From the IMG/VR virus record IMGVR_UViG_3300023214_000077, positions 1 to 48,544 of that record: a stretch of 48,544 nt of DNA. One strand, written 5' to 3'. Below, piece after piece: positions 38,995 to 47,698 of the stretch. Source of the DNA: a virus (taxonomy: Duplodnaviria > Caudoviricetes). The notes under the pieces are model-generated. The model was not told where the DNA came from. It made no database searches and saw only the letters and a program-made list of their open reading frames with translations. The position numbers were made by a program, and so were the translations under genes. How positions within the stretch are numbered: the first letter of the stretch is position 1; each line of letters starts with the position of its first letter.

Positions 38995-39534
38995 CTATGC
39001 AAGCTGCCGCGACATGTTGATGATGTGTTCATAGTCGATCTGATACTGCAGACCGATCACAACATTTTCATCGTCGTCGCTTGCTTCGATGTCCGGTTGA
39101 CGTGTAAGTGTAACGAACCGCGTGCCTTCAGAAAAGCACAATTTGCCGTTCGTCATCGCCGCGTCGACTGTTTCTGCTGCGAATATGGCAGCAGTTTCGT
39201 CTTTTCCGCCGTCTTTTTTCGTGTAGCACATGAACTGAATCTGTGCTTGCCGTAGCTGAACCGCCTGATCCGCACCCGCGACAAGCTGCCCCGCAAGCGT
39301 TGTCGCCTTGCCTGGTCCTGTTGACTGACTGATCAGCGTGTCTGTCAGCACGCCGTACACGACATACGGTGACTGCGTGCCTGCCGCCGCACGGTTCTTC
39401 CAGATCGCCCGCTTCTTCGAAGGATCGCCGACCTGATTCGACCAGTGCTTCGCCTTGATCGCGTCCGCGACACCGTCACGCTTCAGGCGTGCGAAGATTC
39501 CTTTCGTGACTTGTACGATTCCTTCAAGTGCCAT
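38995..39534 (-). CDS. tail terminator/completion protein
   Basis: SPYVVY...QIQFMCY pattern; position. Confidence 0.7.
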   Translation of the reverse strand: MALEGIVQVTKGIFARLKRDGVADAIKAKHWSNQVGDPSKKRAIWKNRAAAGTQSPYVVYGVLTDTLISQSTGPGKATTLAGQLVAGADQAVQLRQAQIQFMCYTKKDGGKDETAAIFAAETVDAAMTNGKLCFSEGTRFVTLTRQPDIEASDDDENVVIGLQYQIDYEHIINMSRQLA

Positions 39535-39535
39535 G

Positions 39536-39958
39536 TCAGTTGATCCTTCTTGTCAGCATACGTTCGACGAACCGTCGTTCTTCTTGAAGTGTCCGCCGAA
39601 GAAAGCTTCGATCAAGCGACACTTCAAGATACAAGCCATAATCAAGGGGCGTCCCGACGATCCGCGTCAGTTGCCCGCGTCTGTCCCAAAATAGCGTTTT
39701 CATCAGATGCGTCGTTTCCGCACGCGGGAATTTGCCGCGAACCGACCGCTGAATGACTGTGCCTGCATCGTTCTTGATCACCGACAGGCTGACGTTCGCG
39801 ACCATCTTGTCACGAAGAAGCTGTGCTGTCATGTCCAGACGACCGGACATGCTGATGCGAATGCCGTTCATGACTTGCTGATCGAACCACTGAATGCGAC
39901 CGCTGACGCGTCCTAGTCGGTTCGTGTACGCCCGTGTCGCCTGTTCCGGTGTTGCCAT
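39536..39958 (-). CDS. HK97 gp10-like neck protein
   Basis: PRAETTHL, VGTPLDYGLYLE, RSFLR; start MATPE at 39958. Confidence 0.75.
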   Translation of the reverse strand: MATPEQATRAYTNRLGRVSGRIQWFDQQVMNGIRISMSGRLDMTAQLLRDKMVANVSLSVIKNDAGTVIQRSVRGKFPRAETTHLMKTLFWDRRGQLTRIVGTPLDYGLYLEVSLDRSFLRRTLQEERRFVERMLTRRIN

Positions 39959-39960
39959 GA

Positions 39961-40293
39961 TTAGAATTCGACCTTCCCTTGACGCGTCTTGATCACAAGA
40001 CCGGCACATGCCGATTCGATTTCTTCGACGATCGCTGCCGCTGCGACCGTTCCTGCGTCAGTCGGATCGCTTCCCTGTTCGATATTCATGCCGACGACCT
40101 TGCCGAATTCCAAGATGTACGGCACTTCAGGACGCTTCACAACGCACGTCAGCCACACTGCGACATTCCAGTCGATGTCATTCTTGTCGGAAGCATTGAA
40201 TTCGTCGATCCGAATCCAGCATTCGTCAATGTGTGCCTTGTCATCGTCAAGGTTCTGAATGAATTCGCCGACTGTGTTGCATGTGACCTTCAT
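39961..40293 (-). CDS. hypothetical protein
   Basis: Compact 110-aa ORF in the operon. Confidence 0.6.
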   Translation of the reverse strand: MKVTCNTVGEFIQNLDDDKAHIDECWIRIDEFNASDKNDIDWNVAVWLTCVVKRPEVPYILEFGKVVGMNIEQGSDPTDAGTVAAAAIVEEIESACAGLVIKTRQGKVEF

Positions 40294-40378
40294 ATTCGCC
40301 CTGTATCGCGTTGAATTGCAAAGACGTCAAATGTATCGCATTTCCGCCGTTCGTGCGATCTGACGCCTTCTAGGTGCC

Positions 40379-40765
40379 TTATTCGGGCGGATTCGGTGCG
40401 ACTGGATCGGCTTCACGCTTGCAGACTGCCTTCCACGCGATGCCGTGCCCTGCCGTCGCGTCGTCGACGCCCATGAACTTGAACTGCTGCCCGACGTACG
40501 ATGTGCCCTGCGTATTCAGCGTGATCAGAATGAAGTCACCTTCACGAAGATTCGGTTCTGTCTTGAAATATATCTTCGTTTCGACATCAAGCTTCCGCTT
40601 CGCCCACTGCGTGACTTCGCCGATCTTCATGTTCTGAACGAAGCATTCGATGTTCTTCGCGACTTCCGGTCGACTTTCTGTGTCGCCGCCGTATTCCGTT
40701 TCGCCGTATTCCGGACGCAAGATCGAACATTCGTGCGGGAATGTGAAGCAGATTTCAGTCATCAT
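40379..40765 (-). CDS. head closure protein (SPP1 gp16-like)
   Basis: HECSILR...TEYGG...IECFVQ...LREGD pattern; position. Confidence 0.7.
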   Translation of the reverse strand: MMTEICFTFPHECSILRPEYGETEYGGDTESRPEVAKNIECFVQNMKIGEVTQWAKRKLDVETKIYFKTEPNLREGDFILITLNTQGTSYVGQQFKFMGVDDATAGHGIAWKAVCKREADPVAPNPPE

Positions 40766-40965
40766 TGATTCCCGTTGCTGGCAGTTGCGATCCGAACCTG
40801 CATGATCCGACCCGTGTGCGGTTCTTTGCTGATGCCCTTCAGGACTGCGAACTTTGCGATGTGATGAAGAAGCACTTGATCGTGCTGACTTTCCGGTTCA
40901 AGCATCAGTTCGTCGCCGCCCGCTGTCTTCAGAACGTCGCGATGAAATGTTACCTTCATGATCAC
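40762..40965 (-). CDS. hypothetical protein
   Basis: Overlap-coupled on both sides. Confidence 0.5.
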   Translation of the reverse strand: MIMKVTFHRDVLKTAGGDELMLEPESQHDQVLLHHIAKFAVLKGISKEPHTGRIMQVRIATASNGNQ

Positions 40966-41726
40966 AGCCCCAATACGCCGAAGTTCTTGTGCCCTTGAAG
41001 CTGTGCGTGCGTCGATGCTGGAACGACCATCGCGAAGGACGTCAAGACTGTCGACATCGAATCCAGTGTGTACGAATAATCGCCGAACCGTTCTGACGAC
41101 ACGTTGCCCGCCTTGCCGCTGTTGATCGCGTTCGCCTGCGTGACAAGTTCCTTGAAGTTTGACATCAGCATGTCAAGCGTTGCCTTCTTGATCTGACCGG
41201 CTGTGTGATACGCACCGTGACCGTTCAGTTCTTGTTCCGTGTACCCTGCCGTGTACGTGACTTTGATGCTTCCCGGCTGGCAAGGCCAATTCCAGTTCGT
41301 CGCCTGCAGGATGCCGTTCTTGCAGAAGCCGTCGCTTGTCGACAGTCCGTTCGTGCCGCCGATGTTGGCAGGCAGGTTCGTGAACTTCACGAAGTAGTCT
41401 TCGCCCGCCGTCAGCGTTTCCGCACCGTTCGTCGATGTGAACGCGTTCGCCGCCTGTCCGCCGTACGCCGCCGTGTCAATGATGACTTCGCTGACACGCC
41501 GAACCGGAAGATGCTTCAGCTGCAGACGCGTCGACGCCTGTCTGAACGACTGCACCGGATACACTTCGACGTGATCCTGATACGTCGGATCGTACGTCAA
41601 GTGCTGCTTGATCGCGTCTTCGGCAAGGCTGTGAAAAAGTGTGATCACAGCTTGATGTGCCTGCGTGATCGACGATGTCTTCAGCATCGCGACAAGAAGT
41701 TCGGCATTCGATACGATGTTCGGCAT
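40962..41726 (-). CDS. head-tail adaptor protein
   Basis: LKHLPV, IKVTYTAGY, IKKATL, SSERFGDYSYT. Confidence 0.8.
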   Translation of the reverse strand: MPNIVSNAELLVAMLKTSSITQAHQAVITLFHSLAEDAIKQHLTYDPTYQDHVEVYPVQSFRQASTRLQLKHLPVRRVSEVIIDTAAYGGQAANAFTSTNGAETLTAGEDYFVKFTNLPANIGGTNGLSTSDGFCKNGILQATNWNWPCQPGSIKVTYTAGYTEQELNGHGAYHTAGQIKKATLDMLMSNFKELVTQANAINSGKAGNVSSERFGDYSYTLDSMSTVLTSFAMVVPASTHAQLQGHKNFGVLGL

Positions 41727-42079
41727 CAGGTTATATCCCCGGCTTGTGCACCCCGCACTTCAAGTTGAAAGTCTTGTGCGAAGTAGAAGTGTTCTGCACT
41801 GTCATCGAAAAGCGACACTTCAAGATTCCAGATGCCACGATTCAGCAACGCGATGTCAGCACGCTTCAGCGTCAAGACGAACGGATTCGTGTTCGGGAAC
41901 GATGAACCGTTCGACGTTGCGACGCCTGCCTTGATGTCAAGAATCGGTTCGTTCTGTTCGACGCCGATCTTCACGCGAAAATAGTCGTTTGCCGCAAGAA
42001 CGATCGCGTCACCGCCTTCATCACAGACTGTGATCTGAACTGTGCTGTCGCGATTGTTCCAAACTGTCAGAAGTGACAT
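41726..42079 (-). CDS. structural protein (BppU N-domain-like)
   Basis: Beta-sandwich pattern; coupled to the adaptor gene. Confidence 0.5.
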   Translation of the reverse strand: MSLLTVWNNRDSTVQITVCDEGGDAIVLAANDYFRVKIGVEQNEPILDIKAGVATSNGSSFPNTNPFVLTLKRADIALLNRGIWNLEVSLFDDSAEHFYFAQDFQLEVRGAQAGDIT

Positions 42080-42082
42080 CGC

Positions 42083-42571
42083 CTATGTTTCCCGAATTGC
42101 AATTGAATTGATGAAGCCGATGCCGCCCGCTGACGCCTGAAGCTGAAGTTCAGCCGTCGTGTCGACCGACCCGCGAAAGACGTGCTGCTGCCCCGGTGTT
42201 GTCGCTGACGACATCACTGCGATCGAATCGCCGCTTCCGTCAGACTTGATTGTGATCGTTCCTGCCGACACGATCGCAAGATCGACTGTGACGTCGTATG
42301 TGACGCCCGCTTGCAAGACGATCGCGTCGCTGCCCGACATCGTTGCGTTCGAAATCGAACCGTGAATCGCCTTGTCGATACCTGCACCGGACGGACCGAA
42401 GACAGCCCAACCAGTGCCAAGCGTCCAGTTCCCCGGCAGAAAGTGCGTGATCGTGCCCAAGAACTGCTTCGACAACGCCGCCGCGACATTCGCAAGCCCC
42501 GACATTGTTCTGCCTTCAGTCCTGCCGCTTGACGATATTCCGATTGATCCGTTTCCGTTTGAATATCCCAT
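42083..42571 (-). CDS. putative carbohydrate-binding-module-like virion protein
   Basis: NWTLGTGW...LQAGVTYDVT...INSIAIRE pattern. Confidence 0.55.
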   Translation of the reverse strand: MGYSNGNGSIGISSSGRTEGRTMSGLANVAAALSKQFLGTITHFLPGNWTLGTGWAVFGPSGAGIDKAIHGSISNATMSGSDAIVLQAGVTYDVTVDLAIVSAGTITIKSDGSGDSIAVMSSATTPGQQHVFRGSVDTTAELQLQASAGGIGFINSIAIRET

Positions 42572-42572
42572 G

Positions 42573-42878
42573 TCAATTCGCTTCTACTGAAATGTTCGGC
42601 GTGACGTCTGTCAGTTGCGTTCCCAATAAGTGAACGCGAAGCTTCAGCCCTGCCGCCCCGTTCGTGACGACGTTCCGCACCCCCGGTGCCCGCATGTCCC
42701 AATCTTGAACACTTACGAATTCGCCGCTGCCCGCTTTCGTTTCGATTTCTGCGTGAAGGCGGCATCGTTCCCACACGACTTCGTCGTCGTTGCCCGCGAC
42801 GATCGTTGTGATGTCTTGGCTGATCGTGTGTTGTGCCGACTGCCCGTCTGTCGTTCGATTTTTGAATAAAGTTGTCAC
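42573..42878 (-). CDS. hypothetical structural protein
   Basis: GTG start with RBS GAAAGGATTCA. Confidence 0.6.
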   Translation of the reverse strand: MTTLFKNRTTDGQSAQHTISQDITTIVAGNDDEVVWERCRLHAEIETKAGSGEFVSVQDWDMRAPGVRNVVTNGAAGLKLRVHLLGTQLTDVTPNISVEAN

Positions 42879-42893
42879 GATTGAATCCTTTCA

Positions 42894-44519
42894 TTATGTG
42901 CTGGAACTTGAACTGCTGACGCTTGACGCACTTTGCGAACTGCTGCTGCTGTTCGTCAAGCTGCTTGCCGACGATGTCGACGCACTTGACGACGAACTGC
43001 TGTTCGTCAAGCTGCTGCTGTTCGAAGATGACGTGCTGTTCGTCTGCGACGATTCTGACTGCGACGAACTTGTGTGATGCGAACTGCTGCTGCTGTTCTT
43101 CGAACTGCTTGAAGAATTGCTGCTGCTTTCCGATGTCTGCGTCGAAGTCGATGACGATGATCCAGATGAAGCCGACGATCCGCCTGAAGACGAACTTGAC
43201 GACGACGACTGTGATGACGCCGACTGACTTGATGAATCGGTCGATGTCGACAGCAAGATCGTCGATTCGCTGGACGATGACGCCGTCGATCGGCTTGATG
43301 TCGCCGTCGACTGTGACGAACTGGACACCGTGCGTGATGATCCAGACGAAGAACTTGATCCGCTTGATTCGATCCTGTCGCCGTCGCCGTGGTCCCACTT
43401 GTGATCAAGGTTCAGTGCATACCCGCGACCGCCGAAGCGACCTGTCGTTGCCGTCAAGGACGTCACACGCCCAAGAAGCCACGCTTCGACGTCCTGCCGT
43501 CGTGAATCCGTCAGCACTGCATTGAACGCACAGAAGAAGCCGAACGTGTTATCGCCCGACGCACCTGCCGCGAAGCACGCTTCATTCGCGTCTGTGCCAA
43601 GTGCACCTTGCGTCGTCGACACTGTGTCGAACAAGTTGCCGTTGATCCAGACTGACACGATGTTCGTGACCGTTGAATCGTATTCGATCGTCAGAAGCAC
43701 TTCGCCCGCAAGCATTCTTTGCGGAATGCGAATGCCTTCTGATGTTGGACCGAACGCGACGATGTACGTCTGATCGCTGTCGTCGAAGCTGATTGACAAG
43801 CCTTCGCTGTTCACTGCATCTGTCTGATACAAGAACACGACGTTCGTGTCGCCGCCGTTCAGTTCGAAGTGATTGTCAAGGCGAAGCCCGATGAAGAACG
43901 TCGCTTGACTTGCAGTTGCCGCGATCGAAGGCGTGAAGACCGCACGATCGTTCCCGACGCACCGGATGCCCGCCCGCCCGTTGAAGACGCCCCTGATCGG
44001 CGGATTCGCTGCCGACACTGCGAAGTTGTTTCCGTCCAGTGCCGCGACCGTCGATACTTCTTCGCCGATTCCTGCATCGCCGACCATTGTGTACCGGCGA
44101 AGATCATAGAACGGATGAAGTTCTTGCGTGCCTGTCAGATCAGTCGGCTGAAATTCGCGTGCCGTTGAACTTGAAGATGAACTGACCGACGACGATTGAC
44201 TTGAAGCCGATGAACCGCTTGACAGCGATTGTGACGATTGCGAAGTCGAAGACACCGAAGAAGTCGAAAGTGACTGCGACGATGACGACGTGACGCTGCT
44301 TGTGTTCGATGACGTCGATGATGATTCTGAATTCGTGACAGACGACGTCGATTGTGAACTTGATTCGCTGGACGAAGACGAACTTCTGACAGAACTTGTC
44401 GAAGAAGATGACTTCGAAGACGACAGCGAAGACGATATTGACGATGAACTTGACAGTGTCCGTGACGAACTGCTGCTGTTCGATTGTGTCGATGACGACA
44501 GTGATGATGTTGACGGCAC
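42894..44519 (-). CDS. Ser/Thr-rich protein with central LamG/ConA-like domain
   Basis: ~120-aa and ~155-aa Ser blocks flank a globular domain (VSVWING...FNAVLTDSRRQDVEAWL); GTG start with RBS GAAAGGATTCA. Confidence 0.8.
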   Translation of the reverse strand: MPSTSSLSSSTQSNSSSSSRTLSSSSSISSSLSSSKSSSSTSSVRSSSSSSESSSQSTSSVTNSESSSTSSNTSSVTSSSSQSLSTSSVSSTSQSSQSLSSGSSASSQSSSVSSSSSSTAREFQPTDLTGTQELHPFYDLRRYTMVGDAGIGEEVSTVAALDGNNFAVSAANPPIRGVFNGRAGIRCVGNDRAVFTPSIAATASQATFFIGLRLDNHFELNGGDTNVVFLYQTDAVNSEGLSISFDDSDQTYIVAFGPTSEGIRIPQRMLAGEVLLTIEYDSTVTNIVSVWINGNLFDTVSTTQGALGTDANEACFAAGASGDNTFGFFCAFNAVLTDSRRQDVEAWLLGRVTSLTATTGRFGGRGYALNLDHKWDHGDGDRIESSGSSSSSGSSRTVSSSSQSTATSSRSTASSSSESTILLSTSTDSSSQSASSQSSSSSSSSGGSSASSGSSSSTSTQTSESSSNSSSSSKNSSSSSHHTSSSQSESSQTNSTSSSNSSSLTNSSSSSSASTSSASSLTNSSSSSQSASSVSSSSSST

Positions 44520-44604
44520 AGTGAATCCTTTCGTGCGTAGTTGCGATTGTACGGTTCGTACGGTTCAAAATATACGGCGAACCGTGCTTGAAAGTAAAGC
44601 CCTA

Positions 44605-47600
44605 TTATAACGGTTCGATGCCGCCCGACTGCGACGACAGCGATGACGCTGAAGACACTGAAGATGAACTGCTGTTGTCATTCGTCTGACTTGAAGACGA
44701 AGAATATGACTGACTGCTGAGCGAACTATCAGTGTTTATTGCCCAAAATTCGAAGTTATCGGCTGAACCATTTCCCGGCAATCGAAGCCCGTGATCCGTT
44801 GCCGACTGATTCACGCTGCTTGTGTGTTCCAGCGTCGCCCGAAGCGTGCTGCCTTCGTAGCATTCACACACGAAGCTTGTGCCCCGCAAGACAACGCGAA
44901 CTTCGTATGTCGTCGAAGCTGACCAACCGCTGATTGCCGCTGAATCGCGAACCGTTTCTGAAAAGCCGCTGATTTCCGTCAATACGAATTCGGCTGATGA
45001 CGTGTTTCGGATACCGCACACGAAGCCGTTGCCGCTGGAATATCGAATGCCAATTCCCGCCGGTGTTGAATCTGCCGTGTCCTTCGTGATGTCGGCAACG
45101 ATAATTCCATCAGATTCGCCGACGTCCATTGTCGCAAGCCTGTTCCAAGGCGGGATTCCTGCACCGCCGCCGTCTGTCGCTTGATTCGACTGAACTTCAG
45201 TAGTCTCGATTACATTTGTCCAGCCGTTACCGCTGATATCAATGTCAGGCGTGTGTGATGGAAGTGATGTACCGTTCGAATCCGTGAACCTGTCCCTGAA
45301 TGCAATGTCTGCCGATGAACTACTGCTTTCGCTTTCTGCCGCCGACTGCGTGCTTGTTGAAGATGAACTATTCGACGATGAAGACGACAAGCTGCTTGTT
45401 GATGACGAAGACAAGCTTGAAAGCGATGACAACGACGATTGCGAAGACAGGCTTGAAAGTGATGACAAGCTGCTTCCGGAAGACAACGACGAAGCCGTCG
45501 ACGATGAATGACTTGATGAAAGCGATGACGAACTTGATGAACTTGACGACGACACACTTGAAAGGCTGGACAGCGACGAAGTCGAAGAACTGGACAGTGA
45601 CGACAGGCTTGATGTCGACGAAGACGACTGACTTGAAACCGAAGACGACGACAGGCTTGAACTTGACGACAGTGATGACGTCGACGCCGATGATCCGGAC
45701 GACACGCTTGAACTTGATTTCGATGAAGATTCAGATGACGACGACAGCGACAGCGAACTGACGCTGCTTGACGACAATGTCGAAGTCGAAGATGTGCTGT
45801 TCGTCTGTGACGACGTGCTGCTGCTGACATCGACGCCGGGATTGATCACGATCGTGCACGCGTACGCATCGTCGCCCGCTGTCTTCGTGAATGTCCTGAT
45901 GCCGGAATTGAACTGCAGGTTCGCGTCGCTGCTGCCTTCAACGACCCACGAATACGACGTTGCCGTGCCTTGTGAATCGCCGCCACCCGTCAGTGTGATG
46001 CCGTTGCCGTCTTCCGCGAAGCCGCACCGGATCACTTCTGCGAAGCTGTGATCGACCGCGACGTCGGGTGACTGGAACGTGACAGACGCCTGATCGTGAT
46101 TGTTGTCTGCTGTCACGCTGCCGACATTCCTGTACACCCACACGAACAGACGTGCGTTCGTCGATGATGCGAAGACAGGTTCGTCGCCTTCGTCGCCCGT
46201 GACGAAGTCCCTTGTGTACACGCGACCGTACAAGCCCGTGACGAAAGGCGTCATCGTGTATGAAAGCGTCCAGCCTGCAGGCGTCGACGCCGGTGCGTTC
46301 GGTGCCACAAGTGCGACGATGTACGTGTCGCCGTCGTTCGCTGCCGGAAGTGCGATGCGATCGCTGTTCGCTTCGCCGAAGCTGATCTTGTTCGGTGCTT
46401 CGATCGGCGAAGAACTTGAACTGCTTGACACCGATGACGACAGTGTGCTGCTTGTGCTGTACGAACTTGTCGAACTGCTGCTGATCGTGCTTGACGTCGA
46501 CAGTGACGACAGGCTTGAAGTCGAACTGCTTGACTGTGAACTTGACGACAGCGTCGAAGTCGAACTGCTTGTTGACACCGATGATCCGGACGACAGTGAT
46601 GTCTGATCGCTGATCGACGACGTGCTTGAACTTGACAGGCTGGATACCGACGAACTTGAAAGCGTCGACGTCGAAGATGAAGACGATTCCGACTGTGTGC
46701 TGCTTGTCGACTTGGAACTTGTCGAACTGGATTCCGAAGAACTGGACAAGCTGCTTGACGATGATGAACTGTTCACGCTGCTTGTTGACGATGACAGTGT
46801 CGACGTGCTGACTGACGATCCGCTGCTTGAAGTCGACTGCGAACTTGACGACGATGACGAACTGCTTGAAAGACTTGACGTGCTGGACGACGAAGCCGAC
46901 TGCGAACTGCTGCTTGTTGACTTCGATGATTCTGACGAAGACTGTGACGATGAAGACAGCGTTGATGTGCTGGAACTGGATAGTGTGCTTGTGCTTGAAC
47001 TGGATTCCGACGAAGCCGTTGATGTGCTTGACGACGACAGCGTGCTTGCCGACGATTCGGTCGAACCGCTGCTTGAACTTCGCGACGAACTGGAAGACGA
47101 CAGTGTGCTACTGCTGACTGAAGATGTCGATGATGATTCTGATTCCGTTGACGATGTGCTATACGACGACGTCGAACTGCTGACGGTCGATTCTGACTGA
47201 CTTGAACTTGACGACGACAGCGTCGATGTGCTGATCGAAGACGATGACAGTGTGCTGCTGCTTGTGCTTTCCGACGATCCTGTCGACAGCGTTGATGTTG
47301 ACGATTCGCTGCTTGCCGTCGACGTGCTGGAACTGCTGACAGATGAAGTGCTGACAGATGATGGACTGCTGACAGTTGAACTTGTGCTGTACGACGACGT
47401 GCTGCTTGACTGGCTTGAAGTCGACAGGCTGGAAAGTGACGACGTTGAAACCGAATCCGAACTTGTTGAACTGGACGACACCGATGACGTCGACACTGAA
47501 GACCCTGAAGACAGCGTGCTGCTGTCACTGGAACTGGACACTGAACTTGCGGTCGAAGTCAGAATGCCCGTTGTCGTGCTTTTTGAAGACGATGACGTAC

Positions 47601-47697
47601 TGTTCGACTGCGATGACGAACTGACTGATCGCGACGACGATGAAGCCGTCGACACTGAAGATGCTGTTGAAAGATCGCCCAACCAGAACAACGCCAT
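44605..47697 (-). CDS. very large Ser/Thr-rich mucin-like protein with two globular domains
   Basis: Start MALFW at 47697 (RBS GGAAGGGA); ~420-aa Ser block, domain with TPAGWT, ~170-aa Ser block, ConA-like domain. Confidence 0.8.
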   Translation of the reverse strand: MALFWLGDLSTASSVSTASSSSRSVSSSSQSNSTSSSSKSTTTGILTSTASSVSSSSDSSTLSSGSSVSTSSVSSSSTSSDSVSTSSLSSLSTSSQSSSTSSYSTSSTVSSPSSVSTSSVSSSSTSTASSESSTSTLSTGSSESTSSSTLSSSSISTSTLSSSSSSQSESTVSSSTSSYSTSSTESESSSTSSVSSSTLSSSSSSRSSSSGSTESSASTLSSSSTSTASSESSSSTSTLSSSSTSTLSSSSQSSSESSKSTSSSSQSASSSSTSSLSSSSSSSSSSQSTSSSGSSVSTSTLSSSTSSVNSSSSSSSLSSSSESSSTSSKSTSSTQSESSSSSTSTLSSSSVSSLSSSSTSSISDQTSLSSGSSVSTSSSTSTLSSSSQSSSSTSSLSSLSTSSTISSSSTSSYSTSSTLSSSVSSSSSSSPIEAPNKISFGEANSDRIALPAANDGDTYIVALVAPNAPASTPAGWTLSYTMTPFVTGLYGRVYTRDFVTGDEGDEPVFASSTNARLFVWVYRNVGSVTADNNHDQASVTFQSPDVAVDHSFAEVIRCGFAEDGNGITLTGGGDSQGTATSYSWVVEGSSDANLQFNSGIRTFTKTAGDDAYACTIVINPGVDVSSSTSSQTNSTSSTSTLSSSSVSSLSLSSSSESSSKSSSSVSSGSSASTSSLSSSSSLSSSSVSSQSSSSTSSLSSLSSSSTSSLSSLSSVSSSSSSSSSSLSSSHSSSTASSLSSGSSLSSLSSLSSQSSLSSLSSLSSSSTSSLSSSSSNSSSSTSTQSAAESESSSSSADIAFRDRFTDSNGTSLPSHTPDIDISGNGWTNVIETTEVQSNQATDGGGAGIPPWNRLATMDVGESDGIIVADITKDTADSTPAGIGIRYSSGNGFVCGIRNTSSAEFVLTEISGFSETVRDSAAISGWSASTTYEVRVVLRGTSFVCECYEGSTLRATLEHTSSVNQSATDHGLRLPGNGSADNFEFWAINTDSSLSSQSYSSSSSQTNDNSSSSSVSSASSLSSQSGGIEPL

Positions 47698-47698
47698 T

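Noticed and set aside
42214-43398. 394-aa alternative-frame ORF rich in V/I/F/Q
   Set aside because: Shifted reading of poly-Ser codons, overlapping three better-supported genes.
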